A DNA stretch of 39,088 nucleotides from Candidatus Zixiibacteriota bacterium (GTDB taxonomy: Bacteria > Zixibacteria > MSB-5A5 > GN15 > FEB-12). The notes under the pieces were generated by a model that was not told the origin of the DNA, did not search any database, and was given only the letters and a program-made list of their open reading frames with translations. The translations under genes were made by a program, and so were the position numbers. Of this stretch, positions 15,531 to 25,522 are shown one piece after another; position 1 is the stretch's first letter, and each line of letters opens with the position of its first letter. The stretch spans positions 1-39,088 of the forward strand of contig JADFPZ010000002.1 in assembly GCA_022562075.1 (NCBI GenBank), in the 5' to 3' direction.

Positions 15531-17075
15531 CTACTCCCATTCTATTGTCGCCGGAGGTTTTGTTGATATATCATAGACAACTCTGTTAACGCCGCTTACT
15601 TCACGAATGATCTTGTCAGAAATATCAGCTAGTATTTCATTATCGATACGAGCCCAATCGGCGGTCATGCCGTCAACAGAGGTCACTGCTCTTAAAACCA
15701 AAACATTTTCATAGGTCCGGCTGTCACCCATGACACCGACCGCTTTAATTGGCAAGAGCACCGCAAATGCCTGCCAGATATCATCGTATATTTTTCTATG
15801 GTGCAGTTCCCGGATAAAAATGGCGTCGGCTTCTTTAAGGATATTACATCTCTCTTCGGTTACCTCGCCCAATATTCGCACTGCCAGGCCCGGACCGGGA
15901 AAAGGGTGACGTCCTATAAACATTTCAGATAACCCCAGCGAGCGCCCCAGCTCTCGAACTTCGTCTTTAAAAAGTTCTCTTAAGGGTTCGACCAGCTTGA
16001 GTTTCATGCGCTCTTTTAAGCCGCCGACATTGTGATGACTTTTTATGGATACCGAGGGTCCGCCCTTAAAAGAGACCGACTCGATAACATCCGGATACAA
16101 AGTCCCCTGGGCCAGAAATTCTATGCCTCCGATTTTGTCGGCCTGCTCCTCGAAAACGTCTATAAAAGTATTGCCGATGATTTTTCTTTTCTTTTCCGGA
16201 TCGGTTACATCTTTGAGCCGTTTCAAAAACAACTCTGAGGCATCGATGGCGTGCAGGTTGAGTTTGAGATGGCTCAATAGTTCTTTGACCTCTTCAAATT
16301 CATTCTTGCGCAGTAATCCGTTGTTGACAAATACAGCATGGAGCCTTTCCCCGATAGCGCCTGATAATAAAACCGCTGCCACAGTAGAGTCCACCCCGCC
16401 GGATACTCCTACCACAACCTGAGCATCACCGACCTGTTTTCGAATTTTGCCGACAGTTTCTTCAAGGAACGCAGCGGTAGTCCAGTCACCTTTGAGCTTG
16501 CAAATCTCAAACAGAAAATTATTAAGAATCTTGCTGCCCTCTTTTGTATGATAAACTTCGGGATGAAACTGCAAACCAAATAATTTTCTTTTCTCATCGG
16601 CGATAGCGGCTGTTTTAAGAGAGTCAGTTGAGCCAATCAGATGAAAATCCTCTGGCAGAGTTTCGATTGAATCACCGTGAGACATCCAGACCTGGCTGTC
16701 CTTGCTGACACCTTTCAAAAGAGAGCTTGAGTTCAAAGTTTTAAAATTTGCCCGGCCATACTCGCGCATGGTAGATTTCACCAGCCGTCCTCCAAAAAGA
16801 TCGGCCAACAGCTGCATGCCATAGCAAATGCCAAGAACGGGAGTTCTGTTTTTGAAAAAACTTTTATCAAGCCGGGGAGCGCCTTGGTCTGTTACCGAGG
16901 CCGGCCCGCCCGAAAGGATATATCCGCCAATCTTTGAACTGTCATATTTTGATAAGTCGCTGCTAAACGGAACAATTTCACAGTAGACTTTTGATTCACG
17001 TATCCGGCGTGCGATCAGTTGCGTGTACTGCGAGCCGAAATCAAGAATCAGAATCATCTGGTGAGAATCAGACAA
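15531..17075 (-). CDS. guaA: GMP synthase (glutamine-hydrolysing)
   Basis: 514 aa. It has a GATase domain (ILGICYGMQ), an ATP-PPase P-loop (VSGGVDSTV) and the conserved C-terminus PPATIEWE. Confidence 0.96.
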   Translation of the reverse strand: MSDSHQMILILDFGSQYTQLIARRIRESKVYCEIVPFSSDLSKYDSSKIGGYILSGGPASVTDQGAPRLDKSFFKNRTPVLGICYGMQLLADLFGGRLVKSTMREYGRANFKTLNSSSLLKGVSKDSQVWMSHGDSIETLPEDFHLIGSTDSLKTAAIADEKRKLFGLQFHPEVYHTKEGSKILNNFLFEICKLKGDWTTAAFLEETVGKIRKQVGDAQVVVGVSGGVDSTVAAVLLSGAIGERLHAVFVNNGLLRKNEFEEVKELLSHLKLNLHAIDASELFLKRLKDVTDPEKKRKIIGNTFIDVFEEQADKIGGIEFLAQGTLYPDVIESVSFKGGPSVSIKSHHNVGGLKERMKLKLVEPLRELFKDEVRELGRSLGLSEMFIGRHPFPGPGLAVRILGEVTEERCNILKEADAIFIRELHHRKIYDDIWQAFAVLLPIKAVGVMGDSRTYENVLVLRAVTSVDGMTADWARIDNEILADISDKIIREVSGVNRVVYDISTKPPATIEWE

Positions 17076-18681
17076 GAGCTCTCCTTTTTGAAATTCTGCT
17101 GTTAATGCCGGAATCTAATTCAAATTCCTTTGATTCGGCCGGGTAATCTTCCATGAAATGCAAGCCACGAGACTCTTTGCGCCATAAACCAGACTTTATA
17201 ATCAACTCAGCCACAGTTACCAGGTTTCTAAGTTCGACAAATTTGTAACTTGGCGCTGTGCTTGCATACTCTTGGTCAATCATCTGCCTGAGTGGTTCAA
17301 TCTTTTCTAATGCCAGGAGCAGCCTCTTTTCCGAACGGACAATCCCGACCAGCTCAGACATTGTTTTTGTCAGTTGGGAACGTGTTTTCTCTATATTAAT
17401 ATTAGAAACTTTTGCTTTTTTGTCTGAGAGCTCTGATGTAGCAGAATTATTAAATTGATACTCTCTCAGTTTCTCAAAGTCGTTAACTGTTCTGAGTGCG
17501 GCATTCTTGCTGACCACTACTGCTTCCAAGAGAGAATTTGAGGCCAGCCGGTTGGCGCCATGCATACCTGTCATGGCCACTTCGCCCGAGGCAAACAGTC
17601 CGCGTATTTCGGTCTGACCGTCAATGTCTGTTTTTAATCCACCACAGGCGTAGTGTGCCGAAGGAACAACCGCTATCGGCTCTTTTGTAATATCTGTGCC
17701 GTATTTAAGACAGGTCGCATAAATATGCGGGAATCTCTCTTTGATGAAATCGGCGCCTTTGTGGCTGATATCAAGCAAAACATGTTCGGCCTTGGTGTCT
17801 TTTAGTTCTTTATCAATTGCTCTGGCCACGATATCTCGCGGAGCCAGGTCTTTTAAGTCGTGAGCGTCTTCCATAATGTAGCGGCCGTCGAGCGATAAAA
17901 GCCTGCCGCCTTCACCCCGGACTGCTTCGGAGATTAAGAATGTCGGCTGACCGGGCGCATACATGGCAGTCGGATGAAATTGTACAAATTCCAGGTTAGC
18001 AATGCTGGCTCCAGCTCTGTAAGCCATAGCTACCCCATCCCCGGTTGCGATTGGAGGATTTGTATTGTGCTGATAGACCTGACACAGACCACCTGTCGAA
18101 AGAAGAGTGACCGGCGACAGGAATGACTCGATTTCAGTATTGCCGTCTCTAAGAACCGAAATGCCTGAGCAAACTGTTTTTCCGTTGTCTGATGCGGTTA
18201 TCAAGTCGAGTACGATACTGTTTCTAAATATTTCTATACGTCCCGACAACCTGCAGGCGTTTAAGAGCGCTCTGTCTATTTCTTTGCCGGTTAAGTCGGC
18301 GGCATGAACTACCCGCTGGACCGAATGCCCTCCCTCGCGGGTCAAATCAAGGCTGTTGTCAAGCCTGCTGAATTTTACTCCATAACCGATAAGTTCATCG
18401 ATGACTCGTGGGCCATGCTCGACTACCTGCCGCACTACTTTTTCATTGCAGAGGCCGCCGCCACAGGCAAGTGTATCTTTGATATGAAGTTCAAATGAAT
18501 CTGTTTTGGAGAGAACTGCCGCTATGCCTCCCTGAGCACGGTTGGTGCTGGACTCGGCAGCGGACTTTTTGGTAACGATAGCGACTTTGGCGTCGGGCTT
18601 AAGAGAGACAACTTCCAGCGCATAGAATAGCCCGGCAATACCGCTGCCCACTACCACAAAATCAAAATGCCTTTCAATCAA
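17068..18681 (-). CDS. nadB: L-aspartate oxidase
   Basis: 537 aa. It has an FAD-binding N-terminus (DFVVVGSGIAGL) and succinate dehydrogenase/fumarate reductase flavoprotein-like motifs (RAQGGIAA, HPTA, ACGG). It overlaps the guaA start by 8 nt. Confidence 0.9.
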   Translation of the reverse strand: MIERHFDFVVVGSGIAGLFYALEVVSLKPDAKVAIVTKKSAAESSTNRAQGGIAAVLSKTDSFELHIKDTLACGGGLCNEKVVRQVVEHGPRVIDELIGYGVKFSRLDNSLDLTREGGHSVQRVVHAADLTGKEIDRALLNACRLSGRIEIFRNSIVLDLITASDNGKTVCSGISVLRDGNTEIESFLSPVTLLSTGGLCQVYQHNTNPPIATGDGVAMAYRAGASIANLEFVQFHPTAMYAPGQPTFLISEAVRGEGGRLLSLDGRYIMEDAHDLKDLAPRDIVARAIDKELKDTKAEHVLLDISHKGADFIKERFPHIYATCLKYGTDITKEPIAVVPSAHYACGGLKTDIDGQTEIRGLFASGEVAMTGMHGANRLASNSLLEAVVVSKNAALRTVNDFEKLREYQFNNSATSELSDKKAKVSNINIEKTRSQLTKTMSELVGIVRSEKRLLLALEKIEPLRQMIDQEYASTAPSYKFVELRNLVTVAELIIKSGLWRKESRGLHFMEDYPAESKEFELDSGINSRISKRRALV

Positions 18682-19769
18682 TTCAGTTTCTCCACGGGCT
18701 TGATAAAAGAGAGCAGATACTTGACCAGCTTTTCTTCTCCCGGATCCAAGTCTATTTCCTGAGCAAGATAGTAAATCTCGCGGCCAAAATCAAAATCTCT
18801 TATTTTGACCCAGTCTTTGGCTGTAGTCAGCAGCAGATCGGAGTCATAGCGCTCTGCCGATTCTCTTATTTTGTCTATTTCTTTGTCGGAATACCTCTGA
18901 TGGTCTGAGAATTCGAGCGTAAAATCAAGATTCGACGTCAAAGTACGGACTTGCTTTTCAAACGCCCGGAAATTTCCTATTCCTGCAAAGGCAAAGACAG
19001 CTTTATCTTGGAGATACTTGACCGGCAGTTTCCGGTCATGTCCGATTATCTCTTTAGGCTTAAAATTGGCCGTATATATTTTTGCTTGAGGTGCGATTTT
19101 ATTTAAGCGCTTGCAAAGAGTGCCGATATCTCTGGCAAAATTGGCGCGGGTAATAATTATGACCTCGGCCCGCTTAAGTGCATTAAGCGGCTCACGCAAA
19201 ACTCCATAAGGAAACAGTTTCAAATCTCTGGCTTTAATCGCACCGTCATAGGTGACAATATCAACGTCTCTGTCTAATCTAAAATGCTGAAAGCCATCGT
19301 CAATTAAAAGCATATCGAGGTTGTAGTCAGAGTCCTGGGCATTTAGAGCCGCCTGTGATTTTGATTTGTCCACAGAAATTATTGCCTGCGGCAGCAGTTC
19401 GGCCAGCATTTTAACTTCATCCCCGGTATCGTCAACAGACATCTCGGCTACCCGTCTGGCTTCTTTGACAAAAGAGATTTGATTTTTTCTGCCGTAGGCC
19501 GATGAGACAATGCCTACTTGCACTCCTTCTTCTAAAAGAAATTCTGCCAGAGTAGCAATGATTGGTGTTTTACCGGTGCCGCCCACAGACAAATTACCAA
19601 TTGAGATTACCGGAATTCTAATTTTAACTGATCCGCCTTTGGTCACATTTATAATCACCAGACCGATTCGGTAAAACAGCGAGACAATCCACAATAACAT
19701 TGCCGGAAGAACCAGTGGAGACAGCCCTTTTCGTCTGAGAATTTTTTTCCAGATTGACTCAAACATCAA
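18678..19769 (-). CDS. lpxK: tetraacyldisaccharide 4'-kinase
   Basis: 363 aa. It has an N-terminal membrane helix and the P-loop GNLSVGGTGKTP typical of LpxK. It sits in lipid A gene context. Confidence 0.9.
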   Translation of the reverse strand: MMFESIWKKILRRKGLSPLVLPAMLLWIVSLFYRIGLVIINVTKGGSVKIRIPVISIGNLSVGGTGKTPIIATLAEFLLEEGVQVGIVSSAYGRKNQISFVKEARRVAEMSVDDTGDEVKMLAELLPQAIISVDKSKSQAALNAQDSDYNLDMLLIDDGFQHFRLDRDVDIVTYDGAIKARDLKLFPYGVLREPLNALKRAEVIIITRANFARDIGTLCKRLNKIAPQAKIYTANFKPKEIIGHDRKLPVKYLQDKAVFAFAGIGNFRAFEKQVRTLTSNLDFTLEFSDHQRYSDKEIDKIRESAERYDSDLLLTTAKDWVKIRDFDFGREIYYLAQEIDLDPGEEKLVKYLLSFIKPVEKLN

Positions 19770-20997
19770 TCAGCCTTTGCAGAATATAGTCACCGGCAAT
19801 CGAGGTTGCACTATCAGACAAATCATCGCCGCTTTTAATTGAAAAAGATAACTCACCGTTAATAAATTGTCGGACCAGCTCTGTCATTTCAGCAATATCT
19901 GCTGCCATGGCGCCATAATTGTTATCCAGAATATAATTTTTGGCTTCGTTGACGTTACTCGTCGATTGACCAAACAAAACCGGTGTTCCGGCCCAGACCG
20001 GTTCCAGCAGATTGTGTCCGCCAATATCGACTAAGCTACCTCCCACAAAAGCTAAGTTTGCGGCCAGATACAAATCATTTAAACAGCCCATTTTATCTAT
20101 CAGAATAAGCGAACTATTTAAGTTCCTCTCACTATACAAGCCGACAGAATCGCCAGAGACAGACAAATCCTCTTGCAGCTGTTTAATTCTATCAATATGA
20201 CGCGGAGCTATCACCAGTTTGATTGGCAGTGCCTCTGCCTTGAGAGTTCTGGCAAGTTCCAGCAGAAGTTGCTCTTCGCCCGGACGAGTAGAGCCGCAGA
20301 CAAACAGAAAATCGCTTTCAGACGCTCCTAACCTGCTGCGAATTTCCCGAACGCGACCTGCCGAACGAGCCAGCAGCGGCGCATCAAACTTCATATCACC
20401 GGCGACAACAGCTTGTCCGTCATTGACACCAAAAAACCCGAAGCGGCTTTTGTCAGTTTCGGTTTTCAAAAATAGCTTCTGATAGCGCCTCAAAATCTCC
20501 CTGAACATTTTTCGCGCCAGTTTATATTTTTTAAAAGCAGAATCGGACATCCGGCCGTTTACAAGAACTATCTCGATATTACGCTTTGAAACTTGCCCGA
20601 TCAAATTAGGCCAGATTTCCGTTTCAGTAATTACCATAATTTTGGGCTTTAGTGTTTCAAGCGTGCGACCGAGCGGCCAGGGGTGGTCGAGCGGAAGAAA
20701 ACCGGTCATGACATTCTTGCTTACAATTGTTCTGGCGACTTTTTGACCGGCTTCGGTCATTGTCGAAAGATAAATGCGCAAATCAGCTTTATGGTTCAAA
20801 AGATAGTCCGTCAAATATGTGGCGACCTTCGTTTCACCGACCGACGAAGCATGTATCCAGATATCAACCGTGTTGTCGGTTTCAATCAGACCCAGCCGCC
20901 CGCGCCAAAGTTCACTTCCGGTTCTGGCACGAGAACGTCCATATATTCTGCAAAACAGATAAACAAGCGATGAAATCAGGCGATATATAAATTTCAT
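19759..20997 (-). CDS. waaA: 3-deoxy-D-manno-octulosonic acid (Kdo) transferase
   Basis: 412 aa. It shows the WIHASSVGE motif and a glycosyltransferase family 30 pattern. It lies between lpxB and lpxK. Confidence 0.88.
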   Translation of the reverse strand: MKFIYRLISSLVYLFCRIYGRSRARTGSELWRGRLGLIETDNTVDIWIHASSVGETKVATYLTDYLLNHKADLRIYLSTMTEAGQKVARTIVSKNVMTGFLPLDHPWPLGRTLETLKPKIMVITETEIWPNLIGQVSKRNIEIVLVNGRMSDSAFKKYKLARKMFREILRRYQKLFLKTETDKSRFGFFGVNDGQAVVAGDMKFDAPLLARSAGRVREIRSRLGASESDFLFVCGSTRPGEEQLLLELARTLKAEALPIKLVIAPRHIDRIKQLQEDLSVSGDSVGLYSERNLNSSLILIDKMGCLNDLYLAANLAFVGGSLVDIGGHNLLEPVWAGTPVLFGQSTSNVNEAKNYILDNNYGAMAADIAEMTELVRQFINGELSFSIKSGDDLSDSATSIAGDYILQRLIDV

Positions 20998-21003
20998 TTA
21001 CTA

Positions 21004-22113
21004 TTACTGCAGGTACTCTCCGATAATTTTTGCAGCGCGCTGCGAGGCTCCTCGTCCGCCGAGGACAGACGGCAGACTATCTAACTTGCCCTTTACAAGA
21101 TTAAAGTTACTCTCGTTATTGTAAAGTTTTTCCAGTTCAAGAAACATTCGCTCCTCGGTCGCCTCGGCTTGAATCAGCTCCGGCACCACTTTCTCATTCA
21201 TGATCAGATTAACCATGGCAATATTGTTGAGCTTCACCAGATTTTTGGCGATCAAATAAGTTATCAGTCCGGTCTTATAAGCTACCACCATCGGACGTCC
21301 GATTATTGCCGCCTCAAGAGTAGTAGTTCCTGATTTAGTCAACATCAGGCTGCTATTGTAAATGACGTTTCTGGAATCATCATATACAATTTCAATATTA
21401 CTATTGGGATATTGTTTTAAGACAGACTCGTAGTCAAAAGCCCCGTTTATACCAGCCACCACCGCTCTGGTACCATACATCTGATTAAACCTGCTGGCTG
21501 CCGCAATCATTGGTGACAAGAGCCTCTTGACCTCAACTTCGCGCGAACCCGGAAAAACAGCAATATGCCCATCTGACGAAACTTCGGAGCTTATCATCTT
21601 TTCATTTATATCTTCCAGCAGATAATGTCCGACAAAATCAGATTCTATGTCGTGTTTCTCATAAAACGCTTTTTCGAAAGGGAGAATAACCAGCATACGC
21701 TCAATATTGTTTCTGATAATTTCTACTCTTTTTTCTCCCCAGGCCCATAGCTGGGGTGAAATATAATAGATTACCGGAATACCGAGCGGTTTTATTTTTT
21801 TGGCTAAACGCAAATTAAACCCGGGATAATCTATCAATACTACTACCGCCGGACGTTCCTCTTTTATCTCTTCGATACATTCACTTAAAAGCCTGCGAAA
21901 AAATCCATATCTTTTGGCAACCTCCAAAAAACCCATCACCGCCAGATTTTCTATTTCCTCCAACTGCTTCTGTCCCAGTCGATTCATTCTGCTGCCGCCA
22001 AGACCGTAAAATTTTAGTTCGGAATTTATATTTTTGAGTTCGGATATAAGCAGCGCCCCGGCGTTGTCCCCTGACAGGTCTCCGGCAGAAATAAATATAG
22101 ACTGGTTCTTCAT
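21004..22113 (-). CDS. lpxB: lipid-A-disaccharide synthase
   Basis: 369 aa. The N-terminus IFISAGDLSGDNAGALLI and the YYISPQLWAW motif are typical of LpxB. Confidence 0.92.
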   Translation of the reverse strand: MKNQSIFISAGDLSGDNAGALLISELKNINSELKFYGLGGSRMNRLGQKQLEEIENLAVMGFLEVAKRYGFFRRLLSECIEEIKEERPAVVVLIDYPGFNLRLAKKIKPLGIPVIYYISPQLWAWGEKRVEIIRNNIERMLVILPFEKAFYEKHDIESDFVGHYLLEDINEKMISSEVSSDGHIAVFPGSREVEVKRLLSPMIAAASRFNQMYGTRAVVAGINGAFDYESVLKQYPNSNIEIVYDDSRNVIYNSSLMLTKSGTTTLEAAIIGRPMVVAYKTGLITYLIAKNLVKLNNIAMVNLIMNEKVVPELIQAEATEERMFLELEKLYNNESNFNLVKGKLDSLPSVLGGRGASQRAAKIIGEYLQ

Positions 22114-22124
22114 TTTTGATGCTC

Positions 22125-23111
22125 TTAGTTTTCGAGCATTCTTTGAATAGACTCATGGCCTATTCGCTCTATCTCAAGCGCAACTTCGAGCGAACGGGCA
22201 CCTTCGCTTACCGTTACCGCCACCGGCCCGTCATCTATGATGGCCTTCAAAAAAGAGCTTAGTTCGCTTTCGAGCATATCTTTGCCCGTATCAGGCTTCT
22301 TAAGATAAATAATTTCCTTACCGGATTTTCCCAGCGGAATTCTGACGCCACTATTGTCGTTCTTGCCGTCGTCCAGGCTGTAAAAATCTGCCTGCTTCTT
22401 GGCCAAATCAAGCGAGCAGTAACCGGATTTTTGAAAAATGCGAAGTTTCCGCATGACGCTCAGCGAAATCCGCGAAGCTGTCAAGTTTGCCACCGCACCG
22501 TTTTTAAAAGTCAATCTGGCGTTGGCTATATCTGCCTGTTCGCTGATTACTGCCACAGCCGAAGCCTGAATGTCCGTCAGTTCAGACTTGATAAATTTCA
22601 GTGCCAGATCAACGTCGTGAATCATCAAATCAAGCACTACTGCCACATCAGTTCCGCGCGGGTCAAAGGCGGCTAAGCGATGCGCCTCAATAAACGATGG
22701 TTGTATATCGAAATCTTGCAGGGCCTGCACCGCCGGATTGAAACGTTCAATATGCCCGACCGTTACTTTCACCTGGTGAGAATCGGCTAACTTCTGAACC
22801 TCTGTCGCTTCTTCGTTAGTTGCTGCTATCGGTTTTTCTATCAGGCAGTGAAGACCTTTTTTTATTAGTGTCGCAGCTACTTCGCAATGGGTAGTAGTAG
22901 GTGTTACAATCGATACTGCTTCAGCAGCTTTGCACAAATCGTCAAGAGATTCGAATGCCGTAATGTTGTATTCTTCGGAATATTTTTTGGCCCGTTCGGC
23001 ATCGAAATCGTATAAGCCGACCAGTTCGCTCCCGGCAATCTTAGAGTACCAACGCAGATGATGCCGCCCTAAGGTTCCGACACCAACAACTGCTGTCTTA
23101 ATCTTTTTCAT
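22125..23111 (-). CDS. Gfo/Idh/MocA-family NAD-dependent oxidoreductase (possible UDP-GlcNAc 3-dehydrogenase GnnA-like; unproven)
   Basis: 328 aa. It has a Rossmann N-terminus (KTAVVGVGTLGRHH) and the EKP motif (CLIEKPIA). It is embedded between lpxA and lpxB with gaps of 21 and 11 nt. Confidence 0.8.
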   Translation of the reverse strand: MKKIKTAVVGVGTLGRHHLRWYSKIAGSELVGLYDFDAERAKKYSEEYNITAFESLDDLCKAAEAVSIVTPTTTHCEVAATLIKKGLHCLIEKPIAATNEEATEVQKLADSHQVKVTVGHIERFNPAVQALQDFDIQPSFIEAHRLAAFDPRGTDVAVVLDLMIHDVDLALKFIKSELTDIQASAVAVISEQADIANARLTFKNGAVANLTASRISLSVMRKLRIFQKSGYCSLDLAKKQADFYSLDDGKNDNSGVRIPLGKSGKEIIYLKKPDTGKDMLESELSSFLKAIIDDGPVAVTVSEGARSLEVALEIERIGHESIQRMLEN

Positions 23112-23132
23112 TAGAGTATCAAAGGTTCCGCG

Positions 23133-23906
23133 CTATTTGACGATGCCGCGGTTCGAAAGATTAATAAAACCGAGTATCTCTTCAATTTCAGGTGTGCTGC
23201 CTAACTCACTTTTGATTTTTTCCGCAGCCTGGGTTGTGTTCAAATTACTGAAAAAAAGAATCTTAAATGTCTTCTCAATATTTTTCACAACCTCCTTCTC
23301 AAAACCCCGCCTCTTTAATCCAATCGAATTTGTTCCGACAACTTTGAGGGGATAACCACCCACCAGCGAAAACGGACAGATATCCTGCTGTACTCTGTAA
23401 CCGCCGCCAATCATCGAATGCGCCCCGATTTTTACAAACTGATGAACCGGCAGCACTCCGCCCAGAATGGCAGAGTCGCCTATTTCCACGTGGCCGGCCA
23501 GGTTGACTGAGTTGGCCAAAATTACTTCATCACCAATAATACAATCATGCGCCACATGGGCATAAGACATCACCAGGCAATTTTTGCCCAGAGTAGTTGT
23601 GCCGTGCGCCGAGGTGCCGCGATTGATGGTCACAAACTCGCGGATCCTTGTGTTATCGCCTATCTCGACCCAGCTTTTTTCACCGCCGAATTTCAAATCC
23701 TGCGGCTCGGTGGCAATTACCACCCCGTGAGAGACTTTGACATTCTTTCCGAGACGAGCGCCGGAAGCAATGACCACAGAACTTTCCAATTTGCAGCCGT
23801 CACCAATTTGAACGTCGGCTTCAATGATAGAGTACGGCCCGACTGTCACATCGCTGCCCAGTTCGGCTTCGGAAGAAACTACTGCAGATGAATGGATATC
23901 TGTCAT
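23133..23906 (-). CDS. lpxA: acyl-ACP--UDP-N-acetylglucosamine O-acyltransferase
   Basis: 257 aa. It has left-handed beta-helix hexapeptide repeats, the IHSSAVV start and the LpxA C-terminal helical domain. It overlaps lpxC/fabZ by 4 nt. Confidence 0.92.
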   Translation of the reverse strand: MTDIHSSAVVSSEAELGSDVTVGPYSIIEADVQIGDGCKLESSVVIASGARLGKNVKVSHGVVIATEPQDLKFGGEKSWVEIGDNTRIREFVTINRGTSAHGTTTLGKNCLVMSYAHVAHDCIIGDEVILANSVNLAGHVEIGDSAILGGVLPVHQFVKIGAHSMIGGGYRVQQDICPFSLVGGYPLKVVGTNSIGLKRRGFEKEVVKNIEKTFKILFFSNLNTTQAAEKIKSELGSTPEIEEILGFINLSNRGIVK

Positions 23907-25294
23907 TTGTCCACTACCATTGCCATAAAATCAGCGCCGCAAACTTCGCTGCCGTTAACATACGCCTTACCCGACATTTTGCAGGTGTTGTGCCTGAAAG
24001 TTTTCATAGTCAGTTCAAATACTAACTGGTCACCGGGTAAAACCGGTTTGCGGAATCTGGCATTGTCTATTCCCAGAAAATAAACGAGTTTCCCCTCGGG
24101 GTTTTCAACGGCACTTAGTATCAGTATTCCGCCGGACTGAGCCATCGCCTCAAGAATCAAAACCCCCGGCATAATCGGATGACCGGGAAAATGTCCCTGG
24201 AAAAACGGTTCATTGATTGTCACGTTCTTGATAGCCACAACTTTTTTGTCCGGCACCAGATCAATAATCTTATCTATAAGCAGAAAGGGATAGCGGTGCG
24301 GCATTATTTTCTTGATAGCATTAATATCCAAAAGCGCCCCGGTATTGTTTCCGGAATACTTGCTGGCTATTTTCTTTTTCTTGTAAAGCTCCCGGAGTTT
24401 TTTGGCCAGGGCAACATTCGCCTTGTGTCCCGAGCGCGCCGCCAAAATATGGCCTTTGAGAGGCGCACCTATCAGAAATAAATCACCAAGTAAATCCAGA
24501 GTCTTATGACGCACCGGTTCGTTGTAGAAACGCAAAGGAACATCGTTTATTATGCCGGTCTTGCCCACAAACGCTTCGCCTTTTATGTTCAGCGCTTTCT
24601 TGATCCGGTCAACCTCGACTTGTCCGTCGGTCGAATCATAAATCACTATGGCGTTATCAAGTCCGCCGCCCTTTATTAAATTTTTTTTGCGAAGCATTTC
24701 AAGCTCTGACAAAAAACAAAATGTACGTGCCGGCGCGTATTCTTTGACAAACTCTTTTTCCAAATCTACCAACGTCGTGTACTGCGTACCCAGGGCCGGG
24801 TTTTTGTAATCAATTAAAAAGGTAATGCGAAGCTCATCTGAGGGTGTCGCGACCAGGTCTACTCCCCGTTCCGGCTCGCTGTAGGACATCGGCGTGTCAA
24901 TTTCCAGATAGAACTTATCTTCTTCCTGCTCCACAATACCGGCTTCGAGAAGTTTCTCGACATACGGCAGAGAGGAACCGTCCATCACCGGCGGTTCATT
25001 GTTATCCAGTTCAACAATCATATTGTCTATCTGCAGACCGGCAAAAGCGGCCAGAACATGTTCAACTGTGTGGACTTTGGCCTCCCCATCCTGCAAGGTA
25101 GTACCGCGGGAGATATCGACGACATGGTCAATATCGGCTAAAACTCTCGGCTTTTCGGGCAGGTCGGCTCTTTCAAAGAGAATACCGCTGTTGACTTTAC
25201 CCGGCCTGAAGGTCATTTTGCAGTTGTTGCCGGTATGTAAACCTATGCCGGATATAGAGATGGGCGACTTTATCGTTCTTTGCTTTTCGTACAT
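23903..25294 (-). CDS. lpxC: bifunctional UDP-3-O-acyl-GlcNAc deacetylase / 3-hydroxyacyl-ACP dehydratase (LpxC-FabZ fusion)
   Basis: 463 aa. The N-terminal part is LpxC ([16 protein letters not shown]). The C-terminal ~150 aa are FabZ hot-dog ([13 protein letters not shown] ... [23 protein letters not shown]). An AAGGAG Shine-Dalgarno lies upstream. Confidence 0.93.
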   Translation of the reverse strand: MYEKQRTIKSPISISGIGLHTGNNCKMTFRPGKVNSGILFERADLPEKPRVLADIDHVVDISRGTTLQDGEAKVHTVEHVLAAFAGLQIDNMIVELDNNEPPVMDGSSLPYVEKLLEAGIVEQEEDKFYLEIDTPMSYSEPERGVDLVATPSDELRITFLIDYKNPALGTQYTTLVDLEKEFVKEYAPARTFCFLSELEMLRKKNLIKGGGLDNAIVIYDSTDGQVEVDRIKKALNIKGEAFVGKTGIINDVPLRFYNEPVRHKTLDLLGDLFLIGAPLKGHILAARSGHKANVALAKKLRELYKKKKIASKYSGNNTGALLDINAIKKIMPHRYPFLLIDKIIDLVPDKKVVAIKNVTINEPFFQGHFPGHPIMPGVLILEAMAQSGGILILSAVENPEGKLVYFLGIDNARFRKPVLPGDQLVFELTMKTFRHNTCKMSGKAYVNGSEVCGADFMAMVVDK

Positions 25295-25522
25295 TATTTA
25301 GAATCTCTCCTTAACACAAACCTGATTATACCACCTTGAGACTGACTGCTCAAGGAGATTTTTATTGGGGATTAGCATTTGACTATAGGACATTCTTAGT
25401 ATACTAATCGTCTATATAACAGGATAAGATTTGCAGGAAAGATTCTGTTCACTTGAAACTTACAATTTATGAAATGACAATTTTTCCTGGAATCAGATTA
25501 GATAACTTTCAATATGTCATAG

